From contig JABIDK010000005.1 in assembly GCA_018651725.1 (NCBI GenBank), forward strand, positions 64,064 to 128,063: DNA of 64,000 nt. Direction: 5' to 3'. This DNA is from Candidatus Falkowbacteria bacterium (lineage in GTDB: Bacteria > Patescibacteriota > Patescibacteriia > JAACEG01). Below, piece after piece: positions 26,758-39,400 of the stretch (the stretch's first letter is position 1; each line of letters opens with the position of its first letter). The translations under genes and the position numbers were made by a program. A model generated the notes under the pieces. It saw nothing but the letters and a program-made list of their open reading frames with translations, was not told the origin of the DNA and did not search any database.

Positions 26758-26830
26758 TAGACTTGTTACATAATAAGCTATGTACCAAAATATGGGGATT
26801 GCAGTAATAGCTTATTATGTAACAAGTCTA
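26758..26830. mobile_element. MITE-like element, short copy (73 bp, 24-bp perfect TIR)
   Basis: TAGACTTGTTACATAATAAGCTAT...ATAGCTTATTATGTAACAAGTCTA; related longer copy at 54036-54195. Confidence 0.7.
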
Positions 26831-26870
26831 ATGAACCTTACATTTCAAACTAAACATAGAGGAGAGTAGC

Positions 26871-28055
26871 ATGAGACAATTATCGTCAAGATTTCAAATG
26901 TTAAGAAAAACTTTTCTAGGCTCTTTTTTATCTCGCAAACAACAGGAAGACGTAATTTCTTTGTGCATTGGAGAGCCTTTTTTTGACACCCCTCAACACA
27001 TAAAGGAGCGAGGAATTCAAGCTATAAACAAAAACAAAACAAAGTATACTTCTGCCAATGGGTCACTTGCCACCAGACAAGCAATCCAATCGTTTTTAAG
27101 TCAAGAATATCATGCTTTTTATGACTTGGATTCAATAATGGTTTCTCCTGGAGCTAAGCCGCTTATTACAGCTGCTCTTGCCGTGCTTACTGGGGACTGG
27201 AGATATGTTTTTATCCCGGCTCCATATTATCCGCCTTTTTATAATATTTCAGTATTACAAAGTAAGTCATTATTATCGTGTCCAATGTTAGTAGATACTA
27301 GGGAGGATGATTTCCAGATAACTGGCGAGGCTATAAAAAGGGTAATCGGGAATTTGTACGACGAAGAAAGCGTGGATTCTAGCGTCTTAATTCTTAATTC
27401 TCCTAATAACCCAACCGGCGTTGTCTATACCAGAAAAAATTTGGAATCTGTGGCCAAGGTAGTTAAAGAGTATGACATGTGGGTTATCTTGGACGAAAGT
27501 TATCTTGATTTTACTTACAATAATGATTATTGTTTTTTTGCAGATTTGTCCGATATGGCGGAAAGAACTGTGGTTATCAGAAGTTTTAGTAAAACTTACG
27601 CTATGACCGGCTGGAGAATGGGGTATGTTCTTGGGCCGCCAAAGGTGGTTAATAATATTAATGCATACATGAATAATTGCATAGGGTGTGCTTCTAGTAT
27701 TTCCCAGGAGGCGGCAATTGCTGCCCTGCAAAGTTCAGTAATGGCTGATGACGTGCGAGAATCGTTTCTAATAAATAGAAATATTTTGTTGGAGTGGTTG
27801 ACAGACAATAGTATTCCTTTCGTTGAACCACAAGGAGCCTTTTACGTGTTTCCGGATTTATCAGAATATTGTTTTTCTGGTGGATTCAAGGACGCTACCG
27901 AAATAGTAGGGTATTGCCTGGAAAAGGCCAGGGTAGCCATAACTCCCGGACTTGATTTTGGAGACATGTACAAGAATTTTGTTCGTATTTCGTATTCTGT
28001 TTCTACGGACAAATTAAAACAGGCCTTAGTAAGGCTTGAAGAATTAATAAATTAA
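26871..28055 (+). CDS. PLP-dependent class I/II (aspartate/aromatic) aminotransferase
   Basis: IGEP, NSPNNPTG, DESY and SFSKTYAMTGWRMG motifs. Confidence 0.93.
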   Translation: MRQLSSRFQMLRKTFLGSFLSRKQQEDVISLCIGEPFFDTPQHIKERGIQAINKNKTKYTSANGSLATRQAIQSFLSQEYHAFYDLDSIMVSPGAKPLITAALAVLTGDWRYVFIPAPYYPPFYNISVLQSKSLLSCPMLVDTREDDFQITGEAIKRVIGNLYDEESVDSSVLILNSPNNPTGVVYTRKNLESVAKVVKEYDMWVILDESYLDFTYNNDYCFFADLSDMAERTVVIRSFSKTYAMTGWRMGYVLGPPKVVNNINAYMNNCIGCASSISQEAAIAALQSSVMADDVRESFLINRNILLEWLTDNSIPFVEPQGAFYVFPDLSEYCFSGGFKDATEIVGYCLEKARVAITPGLDFGDMYKNFVRISYSVSTDKLKQALVRLEELIN

Positions 28056-28111
28056 GAGGAGGATCCGCTAACCAACGGATAAAATAATAATACAAGGATA
28101 AGCTTTCGAGC

Positions 28112-29347
28112 TTATCCTTTTTCTTTGCAAATATTTTCTTCACAGCTCATCGGCACATAGCAATAAGGTAAATAGCCATTTTTTTTACAACATGGTCCAC
28201 CTAAATATCCGCAATCAACTTTTTTAATGAAAACTTGAGTAATAAAAAAGTAATTATTAATTTCTGCTATGCCGATTCCGGCTTCATTATAGTCAGCGGT
28301 TAATATATTTTTTCGATGGCCGGGGCTGTTCATCCAACCAACCACAGCATCGTCAATAACTTCATTGTCTGTATTAAAAATTGTTTCTATTATTTCAACT
28401 TCCGGATTTTGGGATAGTAAATTTTGCCTTAACTCTATTTCCTCTTGAATGATATTTTCTTTTCCTTCTTCCGGAGAGTTGTTTAGTTTTGACTTGAAAG
28501 TACTCTCTAAATTTTTATTACTACATTCATAAACAGCTTCGCTTTGGTAGCTTATTTTTTTTATCCTTGGAATTAAAGCAATGTTTTCTCCGCTTGACCC
28601 AAAATAATAAACATCTCTGTTATTAAGGCGTTCGCTTTGGTAAAGTCCAAACTCATAGCCTTCGTGATGAATCATTGGATAGTTACAGATTACGCCAAGC
28701 TCTGTTAAGATTTTATTTTCTTCGGCTAAATTTGCGCTATGTTCTCTAGCAACTTTTGCCACCTCGCTATTCCACAAAAGCGATTCTAGCCCTTCTTTTG
28801 TTCTCTCGATATTTATTAAATCATGAATATCGCTTTCCATTTCAGAAAATAAAAATTCACTATTAGAAAGAGCAGATTGAATCCTATTTAAATCATTGTT
28901 AGTAATTCCAAGTCCCAGTTCACGCATCAAATTAAAAGCATCAAGCGGTCGACCTAAAAAATATCTTTGGCTATTGTCAGGATTTATATACCAAGCTTCT
29001 CCGTTTTGTTCAACTTGTAAAAATATTTTACCTTTATGTTTTTCAGCAAAATTTAAGTCAACTTTTTCTTCTTCGGAGTTATCATTAATAACCGGAATTT
29101 TACTAAGGTCGTTATCTGTAATGCCAATTCCAAGTTCACGCATTAAATTAAAGGCATCAAGTGGCCGACCCATATAATAACGTTTTTTATCAACCGGATT
29201 TACATACCAGGACTCCCCATGAGACTCAACTTGCAGAAGGATTTTTCCTGATAAACGACTAGACAAGGTTTCAGCAGAGACCTGACTCGCAGATATCAAA
29301 GAGAATAAAAAAAACAAGATGAAAATTTTTAAAATATTTTTTTTCAT
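28112..29347 (-). CDS. Secreted CAP/SCP-domain protein with two N-terminal CPR-type repeats
   Basis: Signal peptide; GKILLQVESHGESWYVNP repeat x2; GENIA and WMNSPGHRKNIL (CAP domain). Confidence 0.85.
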   Translation of the reverse strand: MKKNILKIFILFFLFSLISASQVSAETLSSRLSGKILLQVESHGESWYVNPVDKKRYYMGRPLDAFNLMRELGIGITDNDLSKIPVINDNSEEEKVDLNFAEKHKGKIFLQVEQNGEAWYINPDNSQRYFLGRPLDAFNLMRELGLGITNNDLNRIQSALSNSEFLFSEMESDIHDLINIERTKEGLESLLWNSEVAKVAREHSANLAEENKILTELGVICNYPMIHHEGYEFGLYQSERLNNRDVYYFGSSGENIALIPRIKKISYQSEAVYECSNKNLESTFKSKLNNSPEEGKENIIQEEIELRQNLLSQNPEVEIIETIFNTDNEVIDDAVVGWMNSPGHRKNILTADYNEAGIGIAEINNYFFITQVFIKKVDCGYLGGPCCKKNGYLPYCYVPMSCEENICKEKG

Positions 29348-29446
29348 ATTTCAAGATTTGTTGTTTAATAAGTTTATTATACTATAGTAGATCGATTAAG
29401 CAAAATAAAAAACAGTCCCATCATATCGAGAAACTGTTTTTAAAAG

Positions 29447-29623
29447 TTATTTTGCGTTTTTGGCGATTGTTTTAAGGCAACTGGTACAAGCTTTTGTTTT
29501 TTTGCCTTCTATTTTTTTAGTTTGCAAATTAAGGTATTGCTTTCTCTTGGTAGCCACCATAGAATGACTGCGGCTGTTCCCACTTAAAGCTTTTCGCCCG
29601 CAAACTTCGCATCTTCTGGACAT
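29447..29623 (-). CDS. rpmB: 50S ribosomal protein L28
   Basis: [11 protein letters not shown]...GNSRSHS..ATKR...NLQ...CTSCLKT. Confidence 0.93.
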   Translation of the reverse strand: MSRRCEVCGRKALSGNSRSHSMVATKRKQYLNLQTKKIEGKKTKACTSCLKTIAKNAK

Positions 29624-29732
29624 AGATTTATTTTTCAATTTATTTTATTATTTATAATAAAAAGGTTAGCATGTTTTTTTGTTTTTGGCAAGGGTTGACA
29701 TATTTTTCTATTTTTTTATAATTAAAGAATAA

Positions 29733-29759
29733 TTAGCACTTTCATATTATGAGTGCTAA
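29733..29759. promoter_or_regulatory. CIRCE element (HrcA operator), with a TTGACA/TATAAT promoter at 29695-29722
   Basis: TTAGCACTT-N9-GAGTGCTAA upstream of groES. Confidence 0.92.
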
Positions 29760-29836
29760 TTTTTTAATAAATCTGATAATTAATTTTGAGATTAAGCAAT
29801 AAATTTTGTTGCTTAAACTCAGATAAACTTAATTTT

Positions 29837-30127
29837 ATGAACATAAAACCACTTGGTGATAATGTTATTGTAAAACCAATCACTAAAGATGAAGTAACTA
29901 AATCCGGTATTGTTTTGCCGGATACTGTTGACAAAGAACGCCCGGAAAAAGGTGAAGTTGTTGCAGTTGGACCAGGGAAAATGACCGCGGAGGGAAAAAG
30001 AATTGAAATGAGCGTTAGAGAAGGAGACAAAATTTTATTTAAAAAATACAGTCCGGACGAAATTAAGATTGAAGGTCAAGAAGTCTTAGTAATTTCAGAA
30101 GGAGATATAATCGCAATATTAAATTAA
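29837..30127 (+). CDS. groES: Co-chaperonin GroES
   Basis: MNIKPLGDNV...TKSGIVLP...GEVVAVGPG. Confidence 0.97.
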   Translation: MNIKPLGDNVIVKPITKDEVTKSGIVLPDTVDKERPEKGEVVAVGPGKMTAEGKRIEMSVREGDKILFKKYSPDEIKIEGQEVLVISEGDIIAILN

Positions 30128-30182
30128 GTTATTTAACTATTTAAAATAGATTGTTTAAATGTTTATATGCTTAAATGTTTAA

Positions 30183-31865
<1,683 letters not shown>

Positions 31866-31903
31866 AAAGTTAGTAATCAGTAACTAGTAATTAGGAATAT
31901 TTA

Positions 31904-31933
31904 AAAATCCGGAGAGAACACTCTCCGGATTTT
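31904..31933. terminator. Bidirectional intrinsic terminator
   Basis: AAAATCCGGAGAG-AACA-CTCTCCGGATTTT. Confidence 0.8.
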
Positions 31934-31946
31934 ATTTATTTAGCAT

Positions 31947-33005
31947 TTATTTTCCGATTTCTTTTTTGAAAAAATCTACAAACGGAACAGGCGAGGGATT
32001 TATTTTATTCAACATTGCTAAATAAAAACTAGCGTAGCTTCCGAAAACAAGAGCTTCAAAAACTTGATCAAGTTTGGTTTTTGAGCTTAAAGAATATTCA
32101 GTAAAATTGATTTTGTTTTTTTTAATAACTTTTTTTGTTATCTCATATCGCTTTTGGTTTCGTTTATGATAAAGGTGTGAATTTAAAAATATAAAACAAA
32201 GATTTTTTTGATTTGATTTTGGTTCTCTCAACCCTTCCAACAGATGGTGATTTATATTCGGCAGCTCCATTCGAGTTGAAAAGTTTTTAGCGTTTTCATT
32301 TATTTGATTATTAAAGGCGTGAATGTTTCCCAAAAGAATTTCCGAGCCAATAACAATCGGTATTTTATTATGAATTTTTTTAGCAACTTCAAGGGAGTAG
32401 TTATTTTTTTTGTTTTCAATGTTAAATTTGTTATTAAACTTTTTAATTGTTTTAATAACACTCTTGAATTCTTTGTTGGTTATTTTTAACAATCCAAGTT
32501 TATTAAAAATAATAATTTGTCCAAAGATAGAATAACCCAGCCCCATTCTTGGTTCGTTGCAGGGGTTGTTTTTGGGTTCAAAAATATAGCTTGGAATTTT
32601 ATATTTTAAAGCAAATTTTTTTAATTTTCCTCCGGTAGTTATGATGAATATTTTCGCTCCTTTTTTACGTGCTTCTTTTAAAGTTGATAAAGTCTCCTCG
32701 GTTGTTCCGGAGTAGCTCGATATAATACAAAGTGTTTTTTTATTTACATAATTTGGTAAATTATAGTCTTTCACGATTTCTATCGGCACTTTTAATTCTT
32801 GTTTATATAAATTTTTTATAATATAACCGCCCAAATTAGAGGCCCCCATCCCACTGACAATAATATTATCTATGTTTTTATAGTTGCTAGGGATTTTAAT
32901 ACTATTTTGTTCCTCCAAAACTTGTTTACATTGTGAAGACAAACTTGCAATAGAAGAATACATATTTTTTTTATCCAGTTTTTGAATTGTTTTTTGATTG
33001 ATCAT
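31947..33005 (-). CDS. Bifunctional phosphoglucose/phosphomannose isomerase (SIS domain)
   Basis: GMGASNLGG, SSYSGTTEET, NQINENAK and HHLLEG motifs. Confidence 0.88.
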   Translation of the reverse strand: MINQKTIQKLDKKNMYSSIASLSSQCKQVLEEQNSIKIPSNYKNIDNIIVSGMGASNLGGYIIKNLYKQELKVPIEIVKDYNLPNYVNKKTLCIISSYSGTTEETLSTLKEARKKGAKIFIITTGGKLKKFALKYKIPSYIFEPKNNPCNEPRMGLGYSIFGQIIIFNKLGLLKITNKEFKSVIKTIKKFNNKFNIENKKNNYSLEVAKKIHNKIPIVIGSEILLGNIHAFNNQINENAKNFSTRMELPNINHHLLEGLREPKSNQKNLCFIFLNSHLYHKRNQKRYEITKKVIKKNKINFTEYSLSSKTKLDQVFEALVFGSYASFYLAMLNKINPSPVPFVDFFKKEIGK

Positions 33006-33096
33006 AAATTATAGTTTTTTATTTTTATTTATGTTATTATGTTATAATAATCTCATATTAACATTTAAACATTTAAACAGCAAGACGCATCTAGTT

Positions 33097-33140
33097 TGTC
33101 ATCCTGAGCAACCCGCTAGAACGGGGAATCGAAGGATCTC
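33097..33140. repeat. REP-like palindromic element
   Basis: TGTCATCCTGAGC...GAAGGATCTC; single copy in the window. Confidence 0.4.
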
Positions 33141-33419
33141 GTCGTTTAATGCTTAGACTATCCTCTAAAAAATCAACATTATTTCACATTATTTTTTTAA
33201 TGACCATTTTTTGCATCGCCATATTTAACCACATTGAAACAAGCTGTGACGACACGGCGGTATTGGTTTATTTTAAAAAGTTTGATATAATAGAAATAGA
33301 ATATAGAATAACAAATTAACAGTTTATCTCGCCTCAGCGGGACCCCGCCTTCTTTAAGGTAAAATTATAGGTGGCGGGATAATTCATAATTCATAATTCA
33401 TAATTTACAATTAGCTTTT

Positions 33420-34190
33420 ATGTTTGACAAAAATCTCAGAGCTCCAAGCTCTCCAAATCAAAATCCAAATCAAAGTCCGCAACCTCAAGTACCGAATGTT
33501 TCAACAGGAGAACCTAAAAAACCGGTTGAGGATATGTTTTCTCCAACTGATTCTGTGCCTCAAAAGAATATTAATGAGGCGCAAAAACAGGAAAATATTT
33601 CCAATATTTTAAAGCCCGAAACAAGTAATGCTAATGTAAGTCCTGCTAATGCAAGTCAAATTCCACCGAACTTGCCAGCCGCCAAAGTGGGATTGACTCC
33701 AGAAAAGCATAACCCTAAAAACAAAGGAGTATTTTTTGTTTTAGTTATTATTATTTTTTTACTGATTGCTCTTGGCGCTGGTGCTTGGTATTATTTTAAT
33801 TATTTGGCTGTGCCGGATGTTATTGAGGATCAAATTATAGATGAAAAAGAGAACGAGCAAGCAGCACAAGAAAACATTAACATTAATACACCTGTTGTAA
33901 ATGAGAATGTTAATATAAATAAAAATATTAGTCCGACCACGATAATATTTGACTCTGACCTTGATTCCGATGGATTAACAGATGACGAAGAAAAAAAACT
34001 TGGAACAAATATTAATTTAGCTGATAGCGATAACGATGGTCTTTTGGACAGAGAAGAGATAAGAATATATAAAACAAATCCGTTAAATCCGGACACCGAT
34101 GGAGACGGACATAAAGATGGAGATGAAATAAAAGGTGGCTATAACCCGAATGGCCCGGGGAAGTTAGATGTTAAGTCTATGTTTAATTAA
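33420..34190 (+). CDS. Membrane-anchored protein with DxDxDG (thrombospondin type-3-like) Ca-binding repeats
   Basis: Single TM helix; DSDGLTDDEE, DSDNDGLLD and DTDGDGHKDG repeats. Confidence 0.8.
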   Translation: MFDKNLRAPSSPNQNPNQSPQPQVPNVSTGEPKKPVEDMFSPTDSVPQKNINEAQKQENISNILKPETSNANVSPANASQIPPNLPAAKVGLTPEKHNPKNKGVFFVLVIIIFLLIALGAGAWYYFNYLAVPDVIEDQIIDEKENEQAAQENININTPVVNENVNINKNISPTTIIFDSDLDSDGLTDDEEKKLGTNINLADSDNDGLLDREEIRIYKTNPLNPDTDGDGHKDGDEIKGGYNPNGPGKLDVKSMFN

Positions 34191-34207
34191 TATATTTGTC
34201 ATAATTT

Positions 34208-35245
34208 ATGTTTTTCCATAAAAAAAATAAAAATCAAAAACAGGAAGAAAAAAATCCTAACAAAGGCATAGATATTCATGTAATGCCAAAAAAGTTTTTA
34301 AGAAAAGCTGACGTTAATGACAAAGGCTCAAATGCCGCAGTGTTTGTTTTGATATTTTTAATAGTGCTTGGCGTAGCAGCTTATTTTTTAAGTAACTATA
34401 TTTTTCCAAATGGAGTTTCTTTTTTAAAAAATAATTCTAATAAAGTTGCTGTAAACGATAGTGCAAATAAAAACAGCAATATGCTTGAAAATGAAAATAC
34501 AAATATAAATGAAAACATAAACGATTCAATCTTAAACAGAAATTATAATACAAACACTAACACTAACGCTAATACAAACACTAACACTAATACAAACACT
34601 AACACTAACACTAACGCTAATACAAACACTAACACTAACACTAACGCTAATACAAACACAAGTGTTATTCCTGTTATCCCAATTTCTTCAGACAAAGACT
34701 ATGATACTTTGACTGACATTGAAGAGGCTATTTACAAAACCAATCCAAGTATTTCCGATACAGACAAGGACGGATTTTTGGACGGGCAAGAGCTTGCTAA
34801 TTTATATGATCCGTTGATAGGAGGATCAGTAAGAATAGAAGATTCCAGTCTGATCGATAAATATATTAATCCAACTTATGGTTACTCTATTTTATATCCA
34901 AAAAGTTGGCAGGTAGCTCCTCTTGGCGGTGGAGATCAGGAGATAACTTTTGTTTCTTCTAACAAAGAATTTATTGAGGTGACGGTTATGGATAATTCTG
35001 AGGGACTAACAGCGGTCGGGTGGTATTTAAATCAAATTCCAAAGAGTTCGGGATATAAAGCTGAAAGAGTTTGGGCAAATAATTTTATGGGTATAAAAAG
35101 TCTAGACGGAATGCATGTTTATTTAACTCCAATCTCTGGAAAAAGGAATTTTATTTACACAATTTCTTATATGGTTGGAAGTCACGCCTATATCAGTTAT
35201 CCAGCAACTTTCCAAATGATGATAAGAAGTTTCGATGCCATATGA
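34208..35245 (+). CDS. Membrane protein with Asn-Thr low-complexity linker, DxDxDG repeats and a C-terminal PsbP-like domain
   Basis: TM helix, (NT)n tract, DTDKDGFLDG, YINPTYGYSILYPKSW. Confidence 0.75.
   Translation: MFFHKKNKNQKQEEKNPNKGIDIHVMPKKFLRKADVNDKGSNAAVFVLIFLIVLGVAAYFLSNYIFPNGVSFLKNNSNKVAVNDSANKNSNMLENENTNINENINDSILNRNYNTNTNTNANTNTNTNTNTNTNTNANTNTNTNTNANTNTSVIPVIPISSDKDYDTLTDIEEAIYKTNPSISDTDKDGFLDGQELANLYDPLIGGSVRIEDSSLIDKYINPTYGYSILYPKSWQVAPLGGGDQEITFVSSNKEFIEVTVMDNSEGLTAVGWYLNQIPKSSGYKAERVWANNFMGIKSLDGMHVYLTPISGKRNFIYTISYMVGSHAYISYPATFQMMIRSFDAI
34547..34660 (+). repeat. In-frame hexamer tandem repeat (AACACT/AATACA/AACGCT) encoding NT/NA
   Basis: Directly visible in the sequence. 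Confidence 0.9.
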
Positions 35246-35649
35246 TAACTTGGGAAGTAAATCAAAAAGCAGGCAGAAAAATTCCCAAAGATTTTTTTAA
35301 TAATATAATAAAAACATCTTTTAAAATATTAAAAATAAAAAAAGCAAATGTTTCTATAGCAATAGTTAAAGAGGAAGATATTAAAAAAGCCAATAAAATA
35401 TATCGTCATAAAGATAAAGTAACAGATGTTTTAAGTTTTATTTACGAAAAAAATCCATTAGAAGGAGAGATCTTACTTTGTTATAAAAAAGTTTCAGAAC
35501 AAGCCAAGGAGAAAGGTCATAGTTTAAACCAAGAAACAAAAATATTATTAATTCATGGGCTGGTTCATCTGGTAGGATATGATCATAAGAAAAAAAGGCA
35601 AGCAAATGAGATGAAGCAAATCGAAGCTATGATATTGAAAAAGATATAA
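35242..35649 (+). CDS. ybeY: rRNA maturation endoribonuclease YbeY
   Basis: DKVTDVLSF and HGLVHLVGYDH motifs. Confidence 0.93.
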   Translation: MITWEVNQKAGRKIPKDFFNNIIKTSFKILKIKKANVSIAIVKEEDIKKANKIYRHKDKVTDVLSFIYEKNPLEGEILLCYKKVSEQAKEKGHSLNQETKILLIHGLVHLVGYDHKKKRQANEMKQIEAMILKKI

Positions 35650-35660
35650 TATATAAAAAC

Positions 35661-36026
35661 ATGTTTTTTAATTTTAAAAGAGCTACAAAAAGTTTTGTTT
35701 ACGCCTTTCGTGGCCTTAGATCTGTTTGGAAAAAAGAACAAAATTTTCGATTTCACAGTGTTGCGGCTATTTTAATTTTGATTTTAGCTGTTTTTTTAAA
35801 ACTTGAAAAAACAGACTTTGCAATTATTCTCTTACTAATTGGTGTAGTTTTAATTTTAGAGCTTGTTAACACCGTCTTTGAAAGATTAATCGATATTTTA
35901 AAGCCCCGCATCCACGAATACTCTAAAGAAATAAAAAACATTTCCTCAGCCATAGTCTTAACCGCAGCCATCTTTAGCGTTATAATAGGAACAATCATTT
36001 TCCTACCATATATATGCCACCTTTAA
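35661..36026 (+). CDS. dgkA: Diacylglycerol/undecaprenol kinase
   Basis: SFVYAFRGL, EQNFRFH and ELVNTVFE motifs. Confidence 0.9.
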   Translation: MFFNFKRATKSFVYAFRGLRSVWKKEQNFRFHSVAAILILILAVFLKLEKTDFAIILLLIGVVLILELVNTVFERLIDILKPRIHEYSKEIKNISSAIVLTAAIFSVIIGTIIFLPYICHL

Positions 36027-36451
36027 ACAATCAAAAAAGAATCACCTTCATCTTAATAATACTAATTCTCCTAGTTATAATCAGCGTTACCACGCTTATT
36101 TTTTTTAACCAAAAAGACATTAAAAAAGAAAAAAGTCTTATCTCTGATATTAAAACAGCAGAAACCCCTTTATCTTTTTTAAACAACGAAGAATCAGAGC
36201 CAGACTCTGACCAAGATGGTCTGACCGATAAAGATGAAAAAGAAATCTACAAAACCGATCCCAACAAAAAAGATACCGACAACGATGGTTTATCTGATTC
36301 ACAGGAGATCGTTACCTATCAGACAAACCCTTTAAATAAAGATACCGACAACGATGGTTTTAGAGACAAAGAAGAAATTGAAAGAAACCTTAACCCCAAT
36401 GGAGAAGGTGACAGCAAGAAAGGATATATTCTTCCCTTTGGAAATAAATAG
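36014..36451 (+). CDS. Membrane protein with DxDxDG repeats
   Basis: TM helix followed by DSDQDGLTD and DTDNDG repeats. Confidence 0.8.
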   Translation: MPPLNNQKRITFILIILILLVIISVTTLIFFNQKDIKKEKSLISDIKTAETPLSFLNNEESEPDSDQDGLTDKDEKEIYKTDPNKKDTDNDGLSDSQEIVTYQTNPLNKDTDNDGFRDKEEIERNLNPNGEGDSKKGYILPFGNK

Positions 36452-36464
36452 TAATATCAATATT

Positions 36465-39400
36465 ATGCGTAAACTCTATTTAATCTTAATTGCCTTACTT
36501 TTTTTGCCTTTTATTGCATCTGCCGATACTCCGGTAGTTAATAATTTTGAATTACTGGATAATACCAGCGGTGCAAGCGTCTCTAGTCCAATCCGAGGCA
36601 ATGTTGTCAGATTACACGTTACAGCAACCGATCCGGATGGCATTAAATATGTTCGAGCAATTGTTCTAGATCCCGGAGGAACTCAAAAATCCCTGATCAT
36701 TTTACACAACGACGGCGATAGCGCTCACGGGGATTTTAGTGCTAGCGATGATATATATTCCTCTCTCTGGCTGACCTCCTATTCTCTGTCCTCAGGAGTT
36801 AACTATACTATAGTTATTAAAATAATGGATAACTTAGGTAATATCTACAGCTCTAGCGATGGATCTTTTGATATCACAGAAAGCTGCGATTTTGGCTCAA
36901 CCTGCAATAATATTAATGAATTAAGATGTAATAACGGCATAATCGAAAGATGCACAGCTCAAGCTACCTGCAATTATTGGGCGCTTGATGAAAATTGTCC
37001 GGGAGTAAATGTTTGTTGCGGAAGCGGGGTTAGCTCTACCTGCTGCGGTCTGGGACAGATTTGCTCCAGTAACGATAACTGTCTTACCTGCGGTATTACC
37101 TGCGATAACGTCTGTCTTGATTCCAAGTGCGTTAACGATCCGGACTGTCAGCCCGGAGGCTGTTGCGGAGATAACACCTGCGATATTGATATTAACGAGT
37201 GCTCAAACTGTAGTAATGACTGTAATCTAACCGATTGTTGTGGAAATCAAGTTTGCAATAGCGCAGTTGGAGAGGACTTTAATACTTGCCCCGGAGACTG
37301 TCCATGTATCGACAGCGATGGAGACGGACAAATCTCAACTGTTTGCGGAGGCGATGATTGTGACGATAGTAATGACGATAGATTTTTAGGAAATCAAGAG
37401 GTCTGCGATGGAGTAGATAACGATTGTAATGCTTCAACAACCGATGAAGATCTTTGCGATAGCGACCACGACAACTATTGCAACTGTGATGAACCTTTTA
37501 AAATAGGCTCTAATTTAAACGCTATTTGCAACACAAACACAACTAACGGTTTTCATTGGAGTCAAACTTGCGATTGTGATGATAATAATTCAAACATCAA
37601 CCCCGGAGTAACGGAAAACTGCACCAGCCCGGAAGACGATGACTGCGATGGACAGGTAAACGATCTTGATATAGACTGCGGCGGAACAGGCACCCCAGCC
37701 AGCCCAATCTTAACTGTTTCTCCTTCACCGGCCGTTGATGGTGATTTTGTAACCTACACAATGTCTGCCACTGGCTTAATTACTCATTATGAATTTTATT
37801 CTTGCGAAGGAGCAAGTTGCGTTCCAATAGATAGCACTACTTTAGAGACAAGCAGTAACTCTTATTCGCAAAGCGGAACAATAGCAGGCCCAGCAGTTTG
37901 GAACTTCCAACTTCAAGCCTGCAACGATAACGGATGCTCAAACGCAACCAATGTTCAAACATTCATAATTAATCCTCAAACCGTTCCAAACAATGTTTCT
38001 CTGACCGTTACGCCCGATACTGTTAACATTAATGAAAGCGTTACTTACTCCTGGTCCGCCGATGGAAACATCGATAACTACGGACTGCAGTTTAAATACA
38101 ACGACCAACCCTGGTCCAGTTTTATTAACTATGGATTAACCACCTCTATAACCGAAGTTTCCGATATGGCCGGAGATTTTCAAATAAGAGCCAGAGCCTG
38201 TAATGGTCATGGTTGTGGCTATAGTACCGTCAGAACTTTAACGGTAAATGCCGAAGGCGAAGAATTACCCTCTAATGTAAACTTTAATATCTCCCCAAAT
38301 ACCGTAGTTACCGGAGACAACGTTACTTATTCTTGGTCGGCCATTGATGCAGAGAGCTTTGAATATGTCTCCAGATTTAACTCCGGCACTTGGGGAACTT
38401 GGTCTACTCTAAGTAACATTGGCGATCCCGGATCTTTAACAAATCCAGCCGGAACTCCCGGAATTTACGAATACATATTAAGAGCCTGTAATAGCTTTGG
38501 TTGCAGTGAAGATAACATTCAAACCTTAACAGTAAACAACGCCAGTGTAGTTGCTCCAACTAATCCAGCTATCACAATTAACCCAGCTATAACAGAGGTA
38601 ATGGAGAACATCTCCTTTACCTTAGGGGCTAACGGAACAGTTGATTATTATGAATTTTATTCTTGTGAGGGAGCAGGCTGCACACCAGTAGATATGGTTA
38701 ACTTTAATGTTGCTCAAAACCCATATTCATTTAATGCCACTCAAGTAAACCCCGGGACATTTCGCTATATGGTTAATGCCTGCAACATAATCGGATGCTC
38801 AGGCAATAGTAATATTGAAGATTTAGTTATTTACCCAAGCGGAACCTGCGATACCGATAACGACACTTATCTTGAAGATATCTGTGGTGGTAACGATTGT
38901 GATGATGACGACGATGAAATGTTTCCAGGCAATCCAGAGATCTGTGATGGGAAGGATAACGATTGCAACGATCAAACTAACGATGGCTGTAACTGTGTTA
39001 ACGGAACAACTCAACCCTGCGGAACAGATGTTGGATTATGCGAAGCAGGAGAACAAACTTGTATCGTAGGAGAATGGGGAACATGTCTTAACCAAGTAGG
39101 ACCAACCGCAGAAATCTGTGACAACGAAGACAACAACTGTAACACCCAAACCGACGAAGGCTTAACTGTAATTTGTAATAACAATAGTAACTGTAACGAC
39201 AGCAATGACTGCACAGTAGATACCTGTAATAACCCGGGAAGTTGTTTCTCAAGTTGCTCTAATGACCAAGTTACAAGTTGCCAAGATAGCGATGGTTGTT
39301 GTCCAAATGGTTGTAACTTTAGTAACGATAACGACTGTGCTCCAGGTTGTACCCCGGACGGCTGTAACAACAACTGCCCAGTAAACTGTAGCGGTGCAGA

